A stretch of 64,000 nt of DNA from Camelus ferus (GCF_009834535.1 NC_045697.1:99946001-100010000), one strand, 5' to 3'; counted from the stretch's first letter, positions 27,081 to 41,639 are shown. Notes: a model not told the origin generated them from the letters alone. Numbers and translations are program-made.

Positions 27081-28181
27081 GGCCACAAGCTTTTCTACCT
27101 GATGGACATTGGGAGAAACCAAGAACTATTTCCAGAGCTTATTCACCTCTGTGTCAGGGGACCCAATATAATAAGTTCTAGTCATTTGCCACAAAGAATC
27201 AGACAATGAAAGGGGACCAAGACTTGAGAAAAAGGCTAGAAAATCTCATCTCAGACTGTGGGAGGTAATGCTGCTCAAACTCATATCTGAAACTGAAATT
27301 TACCATGAGACGTTAACTTCTCTAATTTCTGGAAGTAATCTGTCCCTTTTTACTAAATGTGGAGATTGATCTGAAATGAAGTTGGAGCGAAAGCAGAGAT
27401 ATTTAGGGAAAGTACAAGTCTTTCTATTCTCCTACTTTTGGAAACTAGTCCAGAGATTAGATTTGGTTGCCCCAAAACCAAGAAAACCCAAAGATTTAAT
27501 CAATTTAAACTCTTGCATCCTGCACACAGATTTTTAAACACTTGCTTGCTCACCATACTGGCCAGAGACCAGGAGAGAGATTAGGGACCGGCATGTGTGC
27601 ACAGTCGCAAAGGAGAAGGCTGTGAGGGTCAGCTGAGGTGAGGGTCAGCTCCCTACCTACACATGCACCTGAGCTTGCAGCATCACCGTGACCAACGTGA
27701 GGGTCCAGTCGGCCACTGCAGGCCAGATACAGTGTGCACAAGAGACAAATACAGGTGATGGCTGCTCTCCACCCAAGCAGAAAAGGGACACGAGAGGTTT
27801 GCAGGGGAGGTGGCTGAAGATCAGGATGGGGGCAATCTGTTTTCCCTGTCCATAACCTCAAAAAGTCTAACAGCCTTTCTCAAGCGTGGGTACTCCTGGC
27901 AAAAAGGAGAGACCAACGCTGACACTGGGATCCTACCTTCAAGGTAGAACAGTCTGGAAGTGTCTGTGATTCCCTAAGTCTTGTACATTTCCCACCCCTT
28001 CTAGCACATTTAAGTAAAACTGGTTTCTCAACATGGTTCAAACTGTTGGTTGAAACAGATCATCCACAAAACCCCCCTCCCCTTCACAGCTGCTTCTCGG
28101 GACACCAGTCCAGCCAGACGTATATCATGGTTGCCGTGAAATAAAGACAAATTACTTGAGGGGAGGGAGCCCATCTACACA

Positions 28182-28184
<3 letters not shown>

Positions 28185-28219
<35 letters not shown>
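28185..28219. repeat. (CA)n microsatellite, about 17 units
   Basis: Perfect AC run. Confidence 0.95.
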
Positions 28220-28221
<2 letters not shown>

Positions 28222-28843
28222 AGAACCTGTGACTGTCTGTGGAAAGATGAATTAATGAGAATTCTGCTAGCATAGCAAATACATTGCTGATTCTGTCAAT
28301 TAGGACAGTCCTCAAACTATTTGCGGTTAAGAATCAGTTTTTAATTTCCAATGTGTTGCAGACTGACATGTCTGTAAAATACAGTGCCTATGAAATACTA
28401 AAATATATCTAGAGAATATGAAAAAAGACAAAGAAAATATAAGCCTTCAATTTTCTCATTATTTAACTCAACAGACAAATTGTTCCAGGTTTCTAAATGC
28501 TTAATCTCAATTTCCATTCTTGAGCTCAAGGCAGTCGTTAACAAACAGGCTGCAAACTGGCACTTTAAATAATGCTGAATTAGGGAAGGAGAGGCTGAAG
28601 GGCAGTAATTTGCTCAGGACTGTGTTTATTAGAATCATATATACTTTTAAAGTGGATAGTCAAATCTATGTCATAACTTTTTATTTGAGAAATGAAAAAA
28701 AATCATAGTTCTTCCACTGCAAACTAAAATAAAATTCAACAAAATTATTTTTCAATTGAAGGCAAGAATACATGAATGGGGGGGAGGCACGAGGGTTTCC
28801 CTGTATATTTATCTCAAGGGACCCGGGTTTTAAAGTGTGGAGA

Positions 28844-28911
28844 ACCAACCTGAAACTAACATGATATTGTCCATCAACTATATTTCATTTAAAAATAATA
28901 ATGAATAAACA
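28844..28911 (+). mobile_element. Ultra-short L1 3'-terminal insertion with 12-bp TSD
   Basis: acctgaaactaacatgatattgtccatcaactatatttca plus A-rich tail, flanked by AAAGTGTGGAGA (28832-28843) and AAAGTGAGGAGA (28912-28923). Confidence 0.75.
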
Positions 28912-29469
28912 AAAGTGAGGAGACTCTGACCTAGCATATGAGGTGGTCCCTGAGAGACCCTTGACTCATATCTTACCAAGAGGGGATCAGGCTGAAGAGG
29001 GCAGAAAGACAAAACTTGGAGAGGCAGGGCACCCCCTCTGTAGTACTTCAAACTAATTCTGGATAATGGGGTCTTTGAAACCCAAGCTTACATAAATACC
29101 CAGAAAGTTAGGGCTCAAAATATACATCCATATTTTCCTCTACAAAAGATAAAGCACAGACTGGTTTGTAACTAAACAACCTGGGCAGAAAACTGAAATC
29201 TGAAGAGGATTTGGCCTGCAGGGCCTCTGTCCGGCAGCCAGTTAGCTGCGCGCAGCTCAGATCTCCCAAACATCCTTGAAGGCCCGTCTTCCAGGAGCTG
29301 CTCCATTTACCCTGCAGGCCAGTCTCTTAAAGTCACACGCACCTCCTCCTGCACAAAGGGAGGGCAGGTGGAATTGATTTTTCCTTCTCTTTGGGGTGGC
29401 ATCTGAGAAGGAATCATTTTATTTTAGTTATTTTAAATAACTTCTTAATACCTCACTTTACACCCTAGT

Positions 29470-29646
29470 TAAGATGAGCCACATAATTTGTGGAGCCCTG
29501 TGCAAAATGAAAATGCAGGTTCCCTTGCTTATAATTTCTTGGGGATTTCTAGACAGCCATAGGAAAACATTAAATCAAGCCTGGGGCTCTTCTAAGTGCA
29601 GGTCCTGGTGCACCAGCACGGACCACAGACCCCAGAGCTGGCCCTG
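29470..29646 (-). mobile_element. MER45A-like hAT (Tip100) non-autonomous DNA transposon
   Basis: cataatttgtggagccctgtgcaaaatgaaaatgcagg...cattaaatcaagc...gctggccctg is the reverse complement of the recalled MER45A consensus. Confidence 0.75.
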
Positions 29647-31559
29647 ACGCCAGCAGGCAGTGGTGATTTCATCTCCACGAACATGATGCTCAGACTTTTG
29701 TCAGGGATTCAAGTCTGCTCTGACACAGATCAATGAGGACAATGGACTGAATTGATTCAGAAACACTCCAGGCACCTGTGCAATCCAACTCCTCAAACAA
29801 GCCCTCAACCCAGGAAGAGGAAGGGAGATGCATTTTCATTTCATTTTCAGTTGCTTCCATTTATACGACGGGAAGGGGTATTGATTCCCATCTTGTCTGT
29901 GGAGGCAGGTCTGAACGTCTGAAACTGATGGCTCAAGGCCGGCCAAGGTCAGCCACGAGAACAAGGATGCAGAAGCCCTTTCGGTGCTGCTGAGAGCAGT
30001 TCACTGATGTGAAGCCCACTGCTTCTAAGAGACGAGCCACACCCACTGCCTCGGTGAAACCTGGGCTTGACACCCCTCGGACCCCTTCTGTCAGGCGGGC
30101 CAAGTTTTGCAGGAGCCACTTACTGTCCCAAACGACTGCCCACCCTTCTCCTAATTCACCTAACCCCCTTCTCCGCAATGAAATAACAGCATGAAGTTAT
30201 TATGAATTTAAAATTACATTTAGGCAATAACCTAGAATGTCTATATAAATTATAGTACAGGTATACAATGATGCTTAGACATTTAAAATCACGTCCTCAA
30301 ATAATTTTTTAATGATATGGCAAGATGTATCTAGTATGTTATGTGAAAAAAACCACAAAACTATCATTTTTGTTCTATATGATCCCACTCTGTCCAAGTA
30401 CAATACTGTCTATATTGAATTATAACATATGTATTATTTTTAAAGATTACAAAAATGAACATATTGGTGGACAAAATAATTTTACTTTCTTTTGTGTTGT
30501 TCTGTGTTTCTAAAAGTTTCTCAAATGTACATTCAATACTTTTACGATGTAAAAAATTGTTGTTGTTGTTGTTTTCTCAATTATTTCCAACCTCCTACTT
30601 TGGGCTTTGTTTACTCAAAGAGAAAGCGTACCATCAAGTAAACAGACGGTTACCATGTTTACAGCAAAGCTGCTGCTTCATGGCAGATAACCACAGGTAA
30701 GTGGTCTTGTTGCTAGGATGCAGCGTGCCAGCTTGGGGTCAGTAGCTAAGTGAATGGCATCCCCAAAACAAGTTCCAGTGGAGAGGGGCCTGGCCTTTGT
30801 CTTTAGAAATTCTTTTAAAATTCATATTTTCCCTCTAGTAGACAAAGCACACCAATACAACAAATTGGTACATATTAATACACATAGGGCCATACTGCTT
30901 AACCCAGTTGTAGTGACTAGGTGTTTAATAACTAGCTTATCTTAAGACAGGAAGTTTGTAGTCCCAGGATAAAAACCACAAAAGCTGAATGAAATTAGTT
31001 TTGTTATTTTTATCACTGAGTATTCATTATATTTTATAACTGAACATTCATTATATTTTAAGTACCCATAGTGTTTCCTTTGGCTACATATAAGCAAGAC
31101 AAACAAAGAGGCAATATGTGCTCATATCTACAGAGGAAACGCCTGGAAGGAGGCACACCCAACTGTTCATACTGATGACCGCTGGAGAATGACACCAGCC
31201 TGGGGAGATGTCCCCTAGGGAAGAAATCAGGAACTCTTCTGAATTATTAGAACTGCATTTTTTTAAGTAGTTGTTCTGCCGTTGGAACTATACTTTATAA
31301 AACTTTGTATTCATAATTATTTACAATTTGCATATGTTATAATATAGCAATAATAAAAGAATAACAGAACATCATTTTAAGATTTCATAAAAGATGAGAC
31401 TATGTGACCCGTCAGCTCCGGCTACCACTTCCTGCCATGGGCACCGGCCACCCTAAGAACCGGTCACCCTATGATGCTCACGTTGGGGTGGGCAGGAGGA
31501 CCGTCACACTGCACAAAATAAGACTGCCTTCCACCAGGGCAAACGCACGGGGCTCAGGT

Positions 31560-31981
31560 GTGGCCTATGTGGAAGATGAGGCCGGCCCATCACACCCTCT
31601 CAAGGGAGTCTGAGCTGAGGCAGACTAGGAGGAAAGCCAAGTAGCTAGAGAAATGGATGCTGAAACGATTTCGTGAGAAAGGAGGGCAGCAAGCAAGCCA
31701 GATGCCACAGAGGCAGAAACACTGAGCTAAAGAAGAGATACAAAGCAGAGGTTGAGACAGCCAGCTGTCAGCAGGATAAGTGAGCAGAAATGGAGAGGGC
31801 AGAGGAGGGACCACGCAATCGGGAGCTGAGGGGGAGGCAGGGAGCCACTTCCCTTCAGCTGTCTTGCTTCCTGTCAGCTCTCCAGGCCTGGTGCCAGGTC
31901 CATGCATCCTGCCAACGAAACCCAAGTACCTAAGGTAACTTGAGTCTCTGGTCCTCGCAACCAAAAGTGACCAACTAAAAC
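31560..31981 (+). mobile_element. ERVL LTR remnant (LTR33-like)
   Basis: 3' end aacttgagtctctggtcctcgcaaccaaaagtgaccaactaaaac resembles LTR33-type termini. Confidence 0.45.
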
Positions 31982-34929
31982 CCTAACTACCCCCTTGGCT
32001 CCATCTAAGATGGACTATTGGTAAACGTTCCCTTTGGTAGGACAGCAAGGCGAGTGTTATGTAACACAGTGCCAAGGCATTAACAGCAAGTTAATAATAC
32101 GCCTTCCAGCCTTGCATCCAAATATTCCAGAACAGATAAAAACAGAACTGTGATTAAAACAATCATGCTATTTACAGGGCAGAAGTACATAGCAGCCTGG
32201 CATTTTGTCTTGACTTTCTCACTTTTAGGGCATCCAACCTCACCTGCATTCCCTCTTCGGAAGAATTCTGAGTCTAGCTTAGCCTTAAGTCACCTGGATG
32301 AGACTAAGGTCTATTTCACAGAGACATCTCAGTTTGTGATGGATCAAGTGAAAGCAATCTTCACCTAAGGTCTAGATAAAGCTTTAAAGAGAAAAATCAA
32401 GCTGGAAGGACCTGAAAATAAAGAGAATCACAGTGCCAACAAGTGGGAGAAACCAAACTAGGAAGCCTGCCAAAGAGGCTTTGACTTTGCAAAGCCCGGT
32501 GTGTGGCAGCAAGTAACGTCTGTATTTTGTCAAGTTATATATTATGACCTGATGTGTTTTTCAATACGTGGAAACGACCTGCAAATGTAGGTGAGTCCCT
32601 TATGGAATACATTAAATCCAATTAAGATTTCTTGAGAAACAGTGCAGGAATGGCCTGGAAATAGCTTGTATACTATTCTGAAAAATGTCAACAATGGATG
32701 GAAAAAAGGATCACCAGCAATAATGGAAAGCAGTGTACTGTGAGGTAAGGGGGGATAACCTTTGCAAAGTGATTTCAAAGTCATTTCCAAGAAATTGGGT
32801 TTTTTTTCATGCTATAAAACCTGACACAACAGACACAGAGAAGGATGGCAACCAGTTGTGTGGTATTAGCAATGTCACGGACTCATGTATCTTCAAGCAG
32901 AGACTGACGAAGGAAGATGAAAGCTGGGGGAAATTATTTTTTATATTATTGTTTTATTAATGAGTAGGGGAAATGAAAGTAATGAGGGTCTTGTTATGTT
33001 TCTTTCACCCTGAATTACATCTCCTATACCTAGCTCCTTAATCTCTAAGCAAATATGATAGATGCACACGAAAATGTATACACATACATATATACATACA
33101 TAGTTTGCACACATATATATGAATACACACATATGACAATCTGCTCATTTAAAATGAGTTTAGAGCAGTGAAGTGTCTTAAAAAAACCCTCAAATTTTGG
33201 TTTCTATCTTTGGATTTAAAGAAACATAATATGTATAAAAGAATAGGATTAAATCAAAATCAATATTCTAAGACCTTTACATATAATCACCTTCAAGAAC
33301 TCCTTTAATGCAATGTTTCTCAACCAATACACTTTTTGAATAAACATAAAACACTCTCTCCCTCAGATTCTGTTATGTGACCCTAAATGCCCTGATTCTG
33401 TATAGAATCAGCATATGTTCCGTGAATCCAAAAGACATAGGCAGAAGATTTTTGCCTCAACTTTTCTTTCTGTCATTTATATTGGGAGGGAGGTGGGAAG
33501 AGGGAGAAATACATGGAAAAGTGGAAGAGCCTAAGTTTGAAAATTTTTCCAGTTATAAATTAACAGCATTTATGATGCTGTTTCAAACAGCACAGGCTTC
33601 TTAGGGGACAGCTATCACACGAACGAGTCTGGAATGCCGATGATTCTTCCTCGATGGCTAATTCACCAGCCCTTTTCCTTTTAGACACGACTCTCCATTT
33701 CCTGTTGTGACAATATCTCATTTACGGCTCTGAGACTAACTTCTCAGCAGCATGTCCGCTGTGACCCCGGGTGGCAAGGAGGCAAAGGCTGTGGGAGAAG
33801 CCGGCAGCAGGAGGCATGTCATCACCGAGCTTCCAGGCTTCAGAACCTCTCCTCTGCCAGTGGGGGGCCGGGGCCTCTGAAACCTAGACCTCAGATCAGG
33901 AGAACAGATTGTTTCCACGGCTCTGTCTAGGCGTGAAGATTATATGATCAGGAAAGGTGTGCTCTTGAGGCGCTCAGGGTTTCCCCCAGGGGCAACCAGT
34001 GCATTCTCTGAGATGAGACAGGAGAGCAGGGTTCTGGGTGCCTCCAGGTGCCCAGCCCTTAACTGTCTGGCATGAGGCACGGCTTCCCAGTGGTGCCCAG
34101 GAAGACAGTGACACAGACTCCCTGAGGGCGGCTGGGCGGGGCCTTGCCCACATGTCATGCAAATACTCCCACTTCCTTAGTGTGCAATGATGTGAAAATA
34201 GGTGGAAAGCTCTGGATTGGGTGAAACAAAGCGAGAAAAGTCTTTAAGATAACAGCACATTACAAAATTCCTATACATTTACTTTTGATATATACGGACA
34301 TCATTCAATTGAATTGATAGTATGTCGTTCTGCAAGAATCTGCCTATAAAAATACATTAAATGTGCTCTACTTTATTTGAATGCAATATATATTTTCTCT
34401 CTCTCTCTCTTTTTTTTTTACAGGAAAAGAATACATCTAGCTGTGTATGTTGGGACGTGACTCATGTGACATTTGCCTCATCTTGGCTTCCCTTTCTGTT
34501 CATTCTTTGAAAATTTTTATTAGACCAGAAAAATCCCCTTGTAAAAGTTTCAGGATCTCTGATCCTCATTCCTCACTCCTCTGAATGGACCTGGAGGAAA
34601 AGTGAGTCAGGGCCACCCTATGTAACCTATGGCCAGGGTCTCAGGCCTCCTAGCTCTTCCCGGAAGGTCCAATGAATAAACCACCACAGTGACCTAACAC
34701 TTTCTCAATAAGCAAGCCAAGAGGTTAGGAAATTACCAACATGCCTATTTCAACTAATTTCCAAAAAGATCATCAGGGAAACCCCTAGAAAAACTAAGTC
34801 TTTTCACACTTGGGAGAGTGCCAGAGTACAAAGGAAACACTTAGATTGCACTGGTCTGCCTCCTCGGTGGGAGTGAGAACATTTCCAACATGGCAGGGCC
34901 CACCAGGGCTGCACAAAGTAGTCACAGGT

Positions 34930-35130
34930 GGTGAGTTCAAGTTCCCACCTTCCCACTCACAAGCTGTGTGACTTCCAACAAGTCACCTGGCCTCTCTGTG
35001 CCCTACTCTCCTGCCACTAAGTCAGAGATCATTCATCTCCTCTGCCAGTCTCCCAGGGTTGTTGGGAAAATCAGGTGACATATGTGCATAAAAGTGCCAC
35101 ATGAACTGCAGAGTATCTTGTCCATGTAAT
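34930..35130 (+). mobile_element. MIR
   Basis: gagttcaagttcccaccttcccactcacaagctgtgtgacttccaacaagtcacctggcctctctgtgcc. Confidence 0.7.
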
Positions 35131-35275
35131 GTATGCAGGATTTTTTTTAAAATAATGCTTAATTTTACAGCATGAAAGGAGCTTTAGGTCATAACACTTC
35201 CATCTTCTATTATAGAGGAGACTGAATGACAGATGAAAAAGTGCCTGCCAAGCTTATGAGGGTTCTTTTTTTCCA

Positions 35276-35470
35276 TTTTTTTTTTTTCCTTATGGAAGTA
35301 TAGCTGATTTACAGTGTTATGTTGGTTTCAGGTGTACAGCAAAGTGATTTGGTTAATATATCTATGCTTTTTCAGATTCTTTTCCATTATAGGTTATTAC
35401 AAGATACTGAATATAGCTCCCTGTGCTGTACTCGTTGTTTATCTTGTTTATACCTGGTAGTGTGTATAGC
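35276..35470 (-). mobile_element. Lineage-specific L1 3' end (reverse)
   Basis: Poly-T then gaagtatagctgatttacagtgtt...caagatactgaatatagctccctgtgctgta, the reverse complement of the L1 tail at 51303. Confidence 0.85.
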
Positions 35471-37214
35471 CAAGGTTATGTTTTGAATCTGAGTAAGTAG
35501 TTACCATGGTTATTAGCACCCAGAAGAGGTGAAGGAATAATTACGATCTCATTCCTGCAGGCACAGGTTTTCATCTTTATCATCACGAAATGGACACTGA
35601 GCACCAAGGAGAGGCTACTTTGCTGGGCAATGGAATTAGAATCTATGTCTGCTGTCTCTGAGGAGACCAGGATCCGGTTGGGAAGGCAGAAGCACCACAT
35701 ACAAATGGCAACCATTAAAGTGATCATTTGCTCAGGTGGTTCAAGAGTACGTGCAACAGATGCTAAAAGGTGATCACCCAGGGCTGGGGTGCTCACGTGA
35801 GAGACTGTTTTGAACAGCATCCTGGAGTTGGACTAGGTAGAAGATAGCACTTCAAAGCACTGAGAACCTGAGTGGAACCCCAGTCTGACTTGAACCCTAG
35901 GGTCATGACCTTGAACCGAGGTATATAATTTGTAAAAAATGTTTCTTCATCCATAGAATGAAGGTAATAGTATCTTCCTGACAGGGTTGCAGTGGGGAGT
36001 AAAGGACACAAGGCGTATGAAACATATAGTGCCGGCACTGGGGAAGGATTCAGCAATCGTACTGCTGGTGGTTGCTGAAGTGTGGCAAGGCAGCCCAGCA
36101 CAGCGGGAAGGCACACGGCCTGTCTGGGGAGTGACTGCGGGTCTGGAGGAAGGAGCAGATCGCGGTTTGGCGGCCCCATGCTGCACTGTTTGGACTTTGT
36201 AAGAACTGGCCATCATGTGTGTTGTGTAGAAATCTCTCCGGCGGCAGCGTGGAGTTGTTAGGGGAGGGGGAACAGAAACAGGAAAACCGCTTAGGAAACT
36301 ATGAGGAGGAGGAGATGTATTGAGCCCCTTCACCCCTTCTGTCGTATCAGGTACTGTTCCTTACACAAGATCACCTCTTTCATCCTTGCAAAAAACCAGC
36401 AAGGTATTATCCACATGTCACAGATGAGGAAATGGAGGCTCGGAGACATTCAGTGAATGAAGCCAGGATGCGTTTAACTGTCCAAGCGAGTCCACTAAGC
36501 TGCTTCCCGCACGCAGGGTGACGAGGGCCGTTTTGTGGCAGGTGCAGCAAGAGAAACCGGACATCACTGCGTTACTTCAGTGGTAACACTGGCCACCCCA
36601 GGGAAGGTGGCACATTCTCTGCTGTTTTTATTTCTATTAGGAAGAAGCCTTCTTAATCCACTCTTTCTCTTCGGGGTGGGGGTAGGGAGAGAGGCAGGGA
36701 GACTAACCTTTGAAGAGCTGGTTTCCAAGGCTGCCCAAAAGCTTCTACCGACAGTGGCAAGTTCGGGCCTCACAAGTTCATTATTTTCTGCTTATTCTCC
36801 AGATGGGAACCAGGGACCCTGTGGGTGGGACCAGAGACCAGTGTGTGTGTACACCCCAGGGGGAGCCACTGTGGCCTGGCCAGCACACACAGCTCCTCTC
36901 CTGGTTCCTAGAAGGTGCTTTCTCTCTGAGATAAATGTCCTCACTATAGCTCAGCCTTCCTGCAAAGGAAGTTTCCAGAATTACCCTGGTACCTAACTGG
37001 CAATAGACAACTAAATCCAAAGAGTGGGGAAGACTTTAGAGAGCCTAAGGGTCTGGGGAGCAGAGTCCACGTTTCCACTAGAAGCCTTGTTTACAACACG
37101 CTAGTTGGAGAAATGAAATGAAGTGTACTACACATGCCAAGCATATGTATATCATTCCAACTGACCTTTCTAAACACCACCAAACAACTCGGCTAATGCT
37201 AACAGCAGAGGCCA

Positions 37215-37365
37215 TATGTCAGCTGCTCTCCTAATCACTTTACATGCGTTTTTTAATTCAATCCTCACAACATCCTATGACATGTATGCAACTATTATCC
37301 CTACTTGATGGATGAGAAATCTGGGGCTCAGGGAAGTGAAGCCACTTGCCCAGGCGGCACACAGC
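37215..37365 (-). mobile_element. MIR
   Basis: attcaatcctcacaacatcctatga...gatgagaaatctggggctcagggaagtgaagccacttgcccagg. Confidence 0.75.
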
Positions 37366-40300
37366 CACTTTGGGACAGGGGGCAGCCCTGATCACCGGGC
37401 CCAGGATAGGGCACCAAAGCCTGTGCCAGTTTCACTGTATCAGCTCCTGTAATCATCTCCTTAAGGGAGCTGAGGCTGTTCAAAGGCAAGTGGTACAAAT
37501 AAAGGAGTAATAATAAGGGCTTCTTCAAGCTCCCGGAAAATTCAATCTGATTTCAGCCCTTACATACATTAGATCCCACAGCATCCTTCCCATTTCCATT
37601 TTTTAAACTGACAATCTATAAAAATGGCAGTGTTCTCTTTAACCCCCACTTGTGTAACTGTTAGAAATTTTCATAAAGAAAGATGCTTCCCAGTCAAGAT
37701 GAAACACTGACAGCAGGCATCACCTCAGAAACCATGAGGCAGCTGAGAGCACTGGTGAGCCTATTGCTGACCCAGATGTAGCCCCCAGCCAGGGTGCCTG
37801 CAGGGGTCCATAAGAATTCCTTCACCTCCTCTCCTTCAACCACCTAAATCCCTGAGTGGAGGAACATAAAATACCAGCCCTTGGCTTACAGGCTCTGTGT
37901 TGTGGCAAAGAGTATTTGATGAACTGCCACCTTCCTGCTCGTCTTATTCATATCGAGATCATCCTGGCCCAGGGTCTAGAACGATTCTCCTGTGGCTGAA
38001 GTCTGTCTTGGTAACCTGCCCAACATTCCAATTCCCTGAGCACATCGTCTCCCTGCTTGCTAACACCTGCTCATCTCTGCCTAGGTCTTAACCAGCTGCC
38101 TTCCGCTGACACTTTCTCAGACTGCACATCTAGCCTCAGTGGGTATCAGTTGCTAACTCCATTCTCCCAGGGCTGGCCTGTCCATCTCCAACCCAGGATT
38201 TATCCCACCCCTGTCCTGGTTTCCTGTAAGGCCTGCAGCCTATCTTTCAATCAATGAAAGTAGTAAGCGATGCCCAATTCAAAGGCGTAGAGAGGATCTT
38301 TGGGGGAGGAGAGATTTACTCAGGCCAAGCTTCAACCATCAAAATAGCTCCGAATGACATAAAATCAAAGAAGGGAACACAGTATCACTTGGGTATATGG
38401 ACCAATTACTGTTTGTCAAAGTGACCAACCACAGATGTCATGACTAAAAAAGCTATTTGGTCATTTGAGAAGTTCCACTGATCGCTGATCATTCTGCATC
38501 TCCACTCATTCATTTCCCATAAGTGGGGGGGGGAAAAAAAACCTCAGAAATAAAGAAGGAGCAGGGACAATGTAAACTACACCCAAGTGTGGTTGCTGAA
38601 ATCCTTTCCATTAACCCCTCCATCTGGCTCTATAAACAGGTAGATCACTGTCATAATAAAGCCAAGACCAAAAATACCTTTATTCAGTGTGAACTGAGGT
38701 TAGAGACCTAAATGTGCCTCCAATAGATAATTCATTTATCATTCAATCGTTCATTCATCCAGCAAACATTTACACAGTGACTTAACACATGTCTGGTATG
38801 GGGCTGGGTCAAGGTAATCCTATGTTAATCCTAAGAAACCTTTGGTTTAGTGGAGAGTAACCAGTTTGGCAAAAAATACATGACAGATACCACTATGACT
38901 CTGGCCTCTTAATAATATTTCTTAAAAGTGATACTTTTGTCCACTTTTTGACTGTTATTAAAACAAACCCTTATTTTCTGCTCCATGCTGGAGTTATTTA
39001 CTTGATTGTTCGTCTTCATTCTACTTCGAAAAGGCACCCATCACCATTCTGTCTGATATGTCATCATCCTCCCCCCTCCCAAGTGTGCCTCTGATTGGCC
39101 CCACTTCCTTCCTTCCCAGAATATTGGATTCTTCTGGTTATTTCTCCTCCCTGGTCACTGAATTAGGGCTAATGAATCTTTGGGGTTCTCTCTCATCATC
39201 TTTCACTCTTTCTCTTTCCTCCTTGCCCCCCTCTTCTTCATTTCTTTCAAGTTCTTTTGGGAGGGAGGGGGGTGAGCTTTTTATTTTTCTTAGACTATCA
39301 AATTACACTATACGATGTAAATCATGGTACTTACTCATTAGAGTTCTTTCCAATGAGAAAGGCCACACTACGTCTGACTGGTAATGGCATCCTGAATTAC
39401 AAACTCTAGTAATTCCTAGTAATTACCCCTTCTATGCCGTGAACTCTCAGGTTCTCTTCTCAAGACCCTGAGTGGTAGGCATAAAGAAAAAGATGTCCAG
39501 ATACCACAACTTAATCATCACGACCTTCTTTGAAGGTTTGACATGAGAAGGCATCAACAGAACCAGCCTCGAACTAACCGATTCACGTAATTACTTTGCA
39601 GTCTTTGATAGCTTCCTTCCAATCTAGACAGGCTCTCGGAATCACTGAAATCAGAAAATATTAATGTATGGGCTCCAAAAAAAGTCAAGTTTAATAATTA
39701 CAAAGTGCTACCTTTTAACTATACAAGTAGCATCACTTTCTGAGTAACGTTAACAAAAGCCACAAAAATAACAATTGATGGCATATTTGTGAAATGCTCC
39801 TGATTAACGCAAACAGGCACAATTAATGGAAGGTCACTGCACAGGTTCCAGGATCATCTGGCCATTTCTGCTCTACTTTTCTCTCTTACCACCCTCTCAA
39901 AAATTGCCCAAGAACAGGAGACAGGATACAGGACAAGGACAGAGTTGGTCTGTTACTGGTTCATAGGCAACTGAAAATGCCCTCATCCAGCTTTAGGTCT
40001 CTAAAGCTACGCTATCAACAAGAATGACACAAGATGAGCCACAGTGAGTGCCTATGTCATGGGGCTATGACAGAGCCCAGGACAGCAACCTCATCAGAGC
40101 TGGTGAGTCAGCTTTTAGAAAGATTTTTTTCCCCAAAAAATTCCCTTTGAATCTGGGAGTAGGAAGGCTTTCTAACTATGCCTCACAATCCAAAAAAAAT
40201 TATTTAAAAAAAAAAAAGAGAGATTCTTCTACGTAAAACCCCCGAAACTCTACACGGCAAAAACACTATGTGTTAAGTCAAAAGACAAAATGGGAGAAAG

Positions 40301-40594
40301 AACGGGGAGATGCAACTCAGATCACAGACAAAGGGCTCACATCCCCAACATATAAAATAGTTCTTAAATGTTAGTGAAAAAAAGAACAGCCACCCAATAA
40401 GAAACAGGAAAAGAACAATAACCGTTTACAGAAGAGGAAATAGAAATAGCTTGTAAATATACGAAAAAATGTTCAACATCACAAATAAGAGAAATGCAAA
40501 CTAGAAATACACTGAGGTACCATTTTCACTGATCCAAGTAGCAAGAATCCAAACTGTCTGATAACACATTTTCTTGCATGAGACTTGGAAAACA

Positions 40595-41289
40595 TATGAT
40601 AGGAATGTGGTTTGGTGTAGCCATTATGGGATACAGTATGGAGAGTCCTCAAAAAACTAAAAATAGACTTACCATATGATCCAGCAATCCCACTCCTGGG
40701 CATATATCTGGAAGGAACTCTAATTCAAAAAGATACATATATCCCAGTGCTCATAGCAGCACTATTTACAATAGCCAAGGCATGAAAACAACCTAAATGC
40801 CCACCAACAGATGACTGGATAAAGAAGTTGTGGTATGTTTATACAATGGAATACTACTCAACCATAAAAAAGAATAAAATAATGCCATTTGCAGCAATAT
40901 GGACGGAATCCCAAGATCATCATTCTAAGTGAAGTAAGCCAGAAAGAGAAAGAAAATTTCCATATGATATCATTCATATGTGTAATCTTAAAAAAAAAAA
41001 AAAAGACAAGTGAACTTAGTTGCAAAACAGAAGTTACAAAACAGAAACAGACTCACAGACATAGAAAACAAACTTATGGTTACCAGGGAGGAAAAGGGGT
41101 GGGAAGGGATAGATTGGGAGTTTGAGATTTGCAGATACTAACTACTATATATAAAATATATACAAAAGTGTATACTAACTACTATATATAAAATAAATAG
41201 CAAGTTTTTACTGTATAGCACAGGGAACTATATTCAATATTTTACAATAACTTATAATGAAAAAGAATATGAAAAGAAAAAAAAAAAAA
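40595..41289 (+). mobile_element. Younger 5'-truncated L1 nested in the old L1, with imperfect TSD
   Basis: Well-preserved ORF2 end (ttaccatatgatccagcaatcccactcctgggcatatatc) and poly-A. Flanks AGACTTGGAAAACA (40581-40594) and AGACTGGAAAAACA (41290-41303). Confidence 0.85.
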
Positions 41290-41639
41290 AGACTGGAAAA
41301 ACAGGCATTCCTCACACATTGCTTGTGGGAGTGAAACATGGTAAAACCTCGAGGGCGGGTGATTTGGCAAGGTCTACCAAAATTCCAAATGCACTTATCC
41401 AGTGGCCCGGCAACTTCACTTCTCGGTATTTGTGCTAGATATGTTCCACTTGGCTAAATGACATATACAAGGTTATTTATTGCAGCATTAATTTTATATT
41501 AAACATTTGAAAATAACATAAGTATCTATTAATAGGGAAGTGGTTAAATAAATGATGGCACTGACATATCATGGAATAAGAGGCAGCCATACAAAAGAAA
41601 AAAGAATGGCAACCTTCTATGTCTTGCTGTAGGAAAATA

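Noticed and set aside
28305..28580. Possible hAT-Charlie-type DNA transposon remnant
   Set aside because: Ends only loosely resemble Charlie-type termini; too decayed to call without a database search.
31015..31060. 24-bp-period tandem duplication; similar short repeats at 42788-42825 and 53572-53606
   Set aside because: Ordinary slippage-type micro-duplications with no sign of function.
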